Source: the human T2T-CHM13v2.0 reference genome, Homo sapiens
NCBI RefSeq assembly: GCF_009914755.1
Contig: NC_060928.1
DNA: 64,000 bases
Direction: 5' to 3' (one strand)
Shown here: piece after piece, positions 57,931 through 64,000 of the stretch
Layout of the letters: the number at the start of each line of letters is the position of its first letter
Position numbering within the stretch: position 1 is the stretch's first letter
Made by a program: the position numbers and the translations under genes
Notes under the pieces: model-generated
Databases searched by the model: none
Told to the model about the DNA's origin: nothing
Seen by the model: the letters and a program-made list of their open reading frames with translations, nothing else

Positions 57931-58109
57931 TTATATATAAAGAAAGGATGAAGACATCAATTATGGCCTTGTAGCCTTTAATTTTTAACATTACTATTGT
58001 ATTTATCATTCCAAAAGTTGTGATCATCTGTCACTGTGGAGAATTAGTAACTTAACATAATGAATAAATTCAACTTGTAGAAGGAGTAGACCAGAGCACG
58101 GAAGATCCT

Positions 58110-58780
<671 letters not shown>

Positions 58781-59141
58781 AGTGAAATGCATATTTCCTG
58801 CTTCATGTTCCCATAAATATGTAGAGCAATGCAAGTGAGAGCTCCCTTTCACTGTGATCCTGGTTATGTTTAACATAACACACCCCTCTAAAGAATCATG
58901 AAAGTTCAGGGGATTGAGTGCATTTTTATACTTTTTTTTTCCTATAAGTACTCCCTTAATTAAATTTATTTTCTATTATGACTCTAAGGTGCAAGTTGTA
59001 TGTGTCTATGCGCCCTTTTCCACAATGGTCACTATATCCAACTCGTGGTGACAATATCCATTCCTCTTCTAACTCAATACTACATTGGTGTCCTAAGCTA
59101 AAGGTTGAACTTTAAGGTTTGTATAAATATGCATGTTATTT

Positions 59142-59358
59142 GTTACTCATGGACATAAAGGTGGCAGCAGTAGAAACTGGAGACTACTTGAAGCGGGAGG
59201 GAGGGAGGTAGGCAAAGATTGAGAAACTAACTGTTGGATACTATGTTCAGTACCTGGGTGATGGGATCCTTTATAATCAAACTTCAGCATCACACAATAT
59301 ACCCAGATAACAAACCTGCACATGTGCCACCTAGATCTAAAATAAAAATTGGAAAAAA
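59142..59358 (+). mobile_element. L1PB-type 3' end
   Basis: 'tactcatggacataaag...aacaaacctgcacatgtgccacc...ctaaaataaaa'. Confidence 0.8.
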
Positions 59359-60108
59359 TGCATACGTATTATATAAAATAACAGTAAAATAGAAGAAGAG
59401 AATCTGGATCTTCTGGATCATATGGCTCAAGGGGCAGGGCTTGACAACTACTTGATACATTGCCAACATATGATATCTATTACCTCTAAAACCCAAAAAG
59501 ATTGGCTCCTTTTTGGGGTTAGAGAGAGTGCAACAGTGCAGCACTGAAATTTTAGTTTAAAGGCAGGATTTTTGTATGTCTAGACCACTGCATTCCAGAA
59601 GCTACACTGTACCACAAATTTTGTGTTTTATTTCTCCTATCACTTGGTACATATATGTATGTTCAGGTTATCTACAGTACCAGTTCTGGTTTTCCAGGGT
59701 AATTAGTGGGATATACAATAAGTATGATGAATCTGGATGATGGTTCCAAGATGGGAGGCGCTCAATGATCCTGTAGACTAGATTATGACAGATAACAAAG
59801 TAAAATAGTAAGAACCATTCTTGCTATCACTGGATGAAAACAAATTATTTGTAGTATTGTGGGTTCCTGGAATAGTAAATATATGATTAGCTTGAAAGCT
59901 TTGTAAAAGATGACAGGAACTGTAATGATATGGGCAAGTAAAGAGACTGTATCAGGAAACTGTCTTCAATTACAGTTAATATCAGTTATGATTATGATAA
60001 TCCACTTATATCCTTAAAGGTTCATTTGCTTTTTACATACAATAAGTAAACTAAAAAATCAGGGAAGAGACAGGAACCACCAGTCCTCAATATTTTAATT
60101 TCTTGATA

Positions 60109-60474
60109 CAAATCGAGATACCTCTAATCTGAAAATCCAAAATCCAAAATGTTCCAAAACCCAAAGGTTTTTGAACACCAACATGACATGATACCACAAA
60201 TGGGGAATTTTACACCTGACCTCATGTGCCACATCACAGTCAACATGCAGTCAAAACTTATTTATTTTATGCACAAAATTATTAAAATATTATATAAAAT
60301 TATGTTTGGGCTATGCTTATAATGTATATGTGAAACCTGAATTTTGGGTTTAGACTTAGGTCCTATCTCCAAGATATCTCATTATATACAAGCAAATATT
60401 CCCAAATCCATACAAAATTCTGAAATCCAAAACACTTCTAAGTCTATTTTTGGATAAAGGACACTCAACCCATA
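60109..60474. mobile_element. Tigger4/MER46 (TcMar) non-autonomous DNA transposon
   Basis: 'ctaatctgaaaatccaaaatccaaaatg...ggataaaggacactcaacc', with degenerate terminal inverted repeats flanked by TA. Confidence 0.8.
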
Positions 60475-61801
60475 TTGGTATAAATGTCTGAAATCCAGAA
60501 CAGATGTGGTGTTGCATGTTTCTTATATTATTTTAGTAAAGAATTAAAGGGATTGCACTGTGGCTCTCATATTACAAGAAGCCAGTGTAGATATTCTGCC
60601 AGGTTCTAACTATGGTTAATTCACATTTGTGTGTGAAAAGTGAAGGAAATGAACACAGAGTAGAATCAGAAATGTACTCTTAATATCATTTTATGAGACA
60701 TACTTGAACCAAAGTTTCATTCCTCTTCTGCCAAACCACGGTGACTTTCCACGACCCAAGAGATTCCTAGCAGCCAAGTCCATGAACCACATTCTCTTCA
60801 GACTGCTGCCTCTTCTCTGCATGTTTACATGTGTAGGTGGCCACAAGCCACACAAGCACACCTGTGGTAACGTCAGAATGTTCTTCCTCATAGGAATGCT
60901 GTTTTTCCTTTAAGGAGCTTTGTGTCTATAAACTGACTCAGGTTTAGAAATTGGGTGAAGAATCCTGATTCTTCATTTTAGTGACTTCAGTCAGGTCACT
61001 CTTCTCCAGACCTGGAGGTTTTTTGTTTTGTTTTGAAATTTATTTTCTTTAAATTTTTTTATGGCCAGTCTAACAGGACTTTATTAGATTGTTCATCTAT
61101 TTTAGTCCTAGGGGCATCATGATCACTTGGCCCCCACCAAAGAACCTGCAGTTCAAATCATTTTGATTACAGTGCTGACCGTGCTATTCACACCAGTAGC
61201 CATGCTGCTTCTGCCTGTAGCAGTTACTTGCTATGGTGAATGATGGTTGCAAGTAGAGAATCATTGAAGATGAATACAGAAAATACAAAACTGATCTAGT
61301 TATACAGAATATAATTTAATACAAGCAATTAGGAATAGGCCTTAATTTCATACCCATGTTGCTGTAACAGAAAAGTCATTAAGTACTGCAGCCACAACTG
61401 CTATTTGTGAGGCTCTCACTTTTAATACTGCCTCTGACAACCACAAAGCTAAGTCACTAGAAGACGGAATCTAGATATATCTATTTCACATTTTTACATG
61501 CAATGAGCTCTGCCTCCATTCTGCTTCACCCCCGCCTCCAACTTTATTGATGTATAATTGACAAATAAGAATTGTATATATTTACGGTTTACTCTCAGTA
61601 AATTTCAAGCAGACAGTACAGTATTTACCATGCTGTACCTTATATCCTTTCAAGCCTTATTCTGTTGCATCTAATTGAGGCAATCTATTTTTCATCTATA
61701 AGTTTAGTTGCAAAAGTTGTGAAAATGTACTTTTTGTTTAGAATCCTTTCAATTTAGCAAGGTAGAGTACTTTCTCTAAGAGTTACTTTTCCTCGAAATA
61801 C

Positions 61802-62098
61802 TTTTTTTTTTCTTTTTTTTGAGACGGAGTCTCGCTATTTCGCCAGGCAGGAGTGCAGCGGGGAGATCTTGGCTCACTGCAACCTCCGCCTCCAGAGTTC
61901 AAGCTATTCTCCTGCCTCAGCCTCCCGAGTAGCTGGGACTACAGGCGTGCACTACCATGCCCAGCTAATTTTTGTATTTTTAGTAGTGACAGATTTTCAT
62001 CATGTTGGCCAGGATGGTCTTGATCTCTTGACCTCATGATCCGCCCACCGTGGCCTCCCAAGATGCTGGGATTACAGGCGTGAGCCATTGCGCCTGGC
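61802..62098 (-). mobile_element. AluSc
   Basis: Antisense Alu with 'tcgccagg' and 'aggatggtcttgatctcttgacctc'. Confidence 0.93.
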
Positions 62099-62199
62099 TT
62101 CTAATTACTATTTATTTGCTTGTGCTTTCATTATAATACCAGTAGCATAAAAAGTTGTCAGCAGGATAATTGGCAAAAAGTGATGAAAAATTATAATAA

Positions 62200-62430
62200 G
62201 TAACTCTTTTGAAGATTTGTGATGTGCTAAGCACTGCTTTTAGTATATTGCATGTATTAAATCTTATGTTTTACATCAACTTTACTGAGTACTCTAATTA
62301 CCTCATTTTACAGGAAAGTAAACTGAAACATGAAATATTAAAGAAACCATCAAATATGATAGCAGTAAGTGGCAAAACTGGGTGTCTAATATAACCAGTG
62401 TGTATTTCCAGAACACATGTCCTGAACCAC
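62200..62430 (-). mobile_element. MIR
   Basis: 'ctcattttacaggaaagtaaactgaaacat' is MIR core text. Confidence 0.6.
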
Positions 62431-63964
62431 TGTGATATACCATCTCCAGTTTAATATTTTCTAAGAATGAGGCTCCACCTTGCTGGTCACTGATCATTCT
62501 CTTGGCAATCTCTCCACAGCTGTAGCAAGAATTCTACATTCTAAAACATTCTGAAAGTGTGGAGTCTCTTAACCTGTTTTTTTCGGTTCTTTTTTAAGAC
62601 TTCCTAGACACTCTTCTCTATGATCACTAAATTAACTAATTTCATATATTCTAAATAATCCTGATACCTCACTTTTCTTAATGGAAAACAAATTATTAAA
62701 AATAAGGATGTCCAACATGTACTCAAATATATCAAGTATTTATTTATTTATTGACTTATGTATTGTCAGTTGTGGTGACAGAGACAATCATGTTAAGTTT
62801 TTGCACGAAGAAGAGGTATAGAACTTTTGTATTTGAAATAACTTTAGAGTTTATTAAAGTTAATTTTGGACATCAAAATATATTTCCTAATACATTGTTT
62901 TTCTTTCCATTATAAAAACTTTTATTTCACTATCAGAGTTGTTTTGGGATAATATGTACATTGAATTAAAGACTGAAACAAAAGAGAAAGAAAGGTAAAG
63001 ATAAACTAAGATAATTAAAAGAAGGCAGATGTCAGATAATCTGATGTAAGAAAGATATTTTCCAAGTTAGAAATTAATTAATTCACTTTCCTGTAAATAT
63101 ATGTAACAGAAGCATTAGGGTCCTGGCGTATGTGTGATTCTCTCAACAGGGAGAATGTGGTCAATCAGTTGACGCTCTAATGGGGACAATGTAACCCTTG
63201 CTTGCACATCTGGGTTTCCCAAGTAACTGGTAGTGAATGGAGTTAGAAAGACAATATATATAGCATTGTATATAAGCACAAATTTGCAAGAATTTACCTT
63301 ATGCCCTGTGGAGATAACCATGACACAAGTCTGACTTCTGTAAGCCCCAAATATTTCATTTGTGAAATTAGACCACCGGTTGCTAGGACTCCTTAAAGAT
63401 GCTCTGAAATTCTGCTAGTTGACAATATTATTCTATGTAGTTGAAAGGACGGATGGTTCAATCCACATATTTTGGTATTTATGTTTCTTAAAAATAACAG
63501 AATCAAAGAATAATTTAATTTAATTCATATAGGTGACCTCTACTACTGAAATATTTCTGATATCATACACTTCCAATCTGAGGGGCTTCGAACACAGTAG
63601 ATCTTGTATAAAATGCAGCATTCAGCACTTCACTATCTCAAAAGCGGACCCTTACTAATTCTACTAATTGTTTTAAACTTTAGCTTCAATATTATCAGCT
63701 CAGATTGGAACTGTCTGAGAAACTTAATGAACAGAGATTTTTATATTTTATTTATATTTTATATTTTATTTGATATTTCTTCCAAAGACAGAGGACTATA
63801 TTAATGTTTGATACTTTTCTATTTAGATGCAACTGTGAAACCTGGACTCCTTTTTTAGGTTTAACATCAAATATAGAAAATATATTTATTTTATGAGACT
63901 GTCCTATGATATTCTTTCACTAACCAAATAGTTCTCAATTTTATTAATAGAAATGAATGAATTT

Positions 63965-64000
63965 GGCTAGGTGCGGTGGCTCACGCCTGTAATCCCAGCA
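63965..64000 (+). mobile_element. Alu 5' end (runs off the window)
   Basis: 'ggctaggtgcggtggctcacgcctgtaatcccagca'. Confidence 0.9.

Overview
This is primate (human or great-ape-like) nuclear DNA: AT-rich and made almost entirely of transposable-element fossils (Alu, L1, L2, MIR, DNA transposons, and many ERV/MaLR LTRs). I can support no protein-coding gene, RNA gene, CRISPR array or prokaryotic system. The ORFs I can recognise are L1 ORF2 and ERVL pol remnants or Alu/LTR read-throughs. The most unusual structure is at 32.6-40.4 kb. A MER4-type solo LTR carries a 35-bp tandem array. About 460 bp of that LTR was later copied in inverted orientation (~97% identity) into the neighbouring two-LTR MER41B provirus, so a long inverted repeat now brackets a GAS-bearing 5' LTR. 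An LTR12C lies 3.6 kb upstream on the same strand. A second local copy (85 bp) sits inside an AT microsatellite at 57.3 kb. Repeat family names come from remembered consensus sequences, not a database search, so subfamily calls and many boundaries are approximate.
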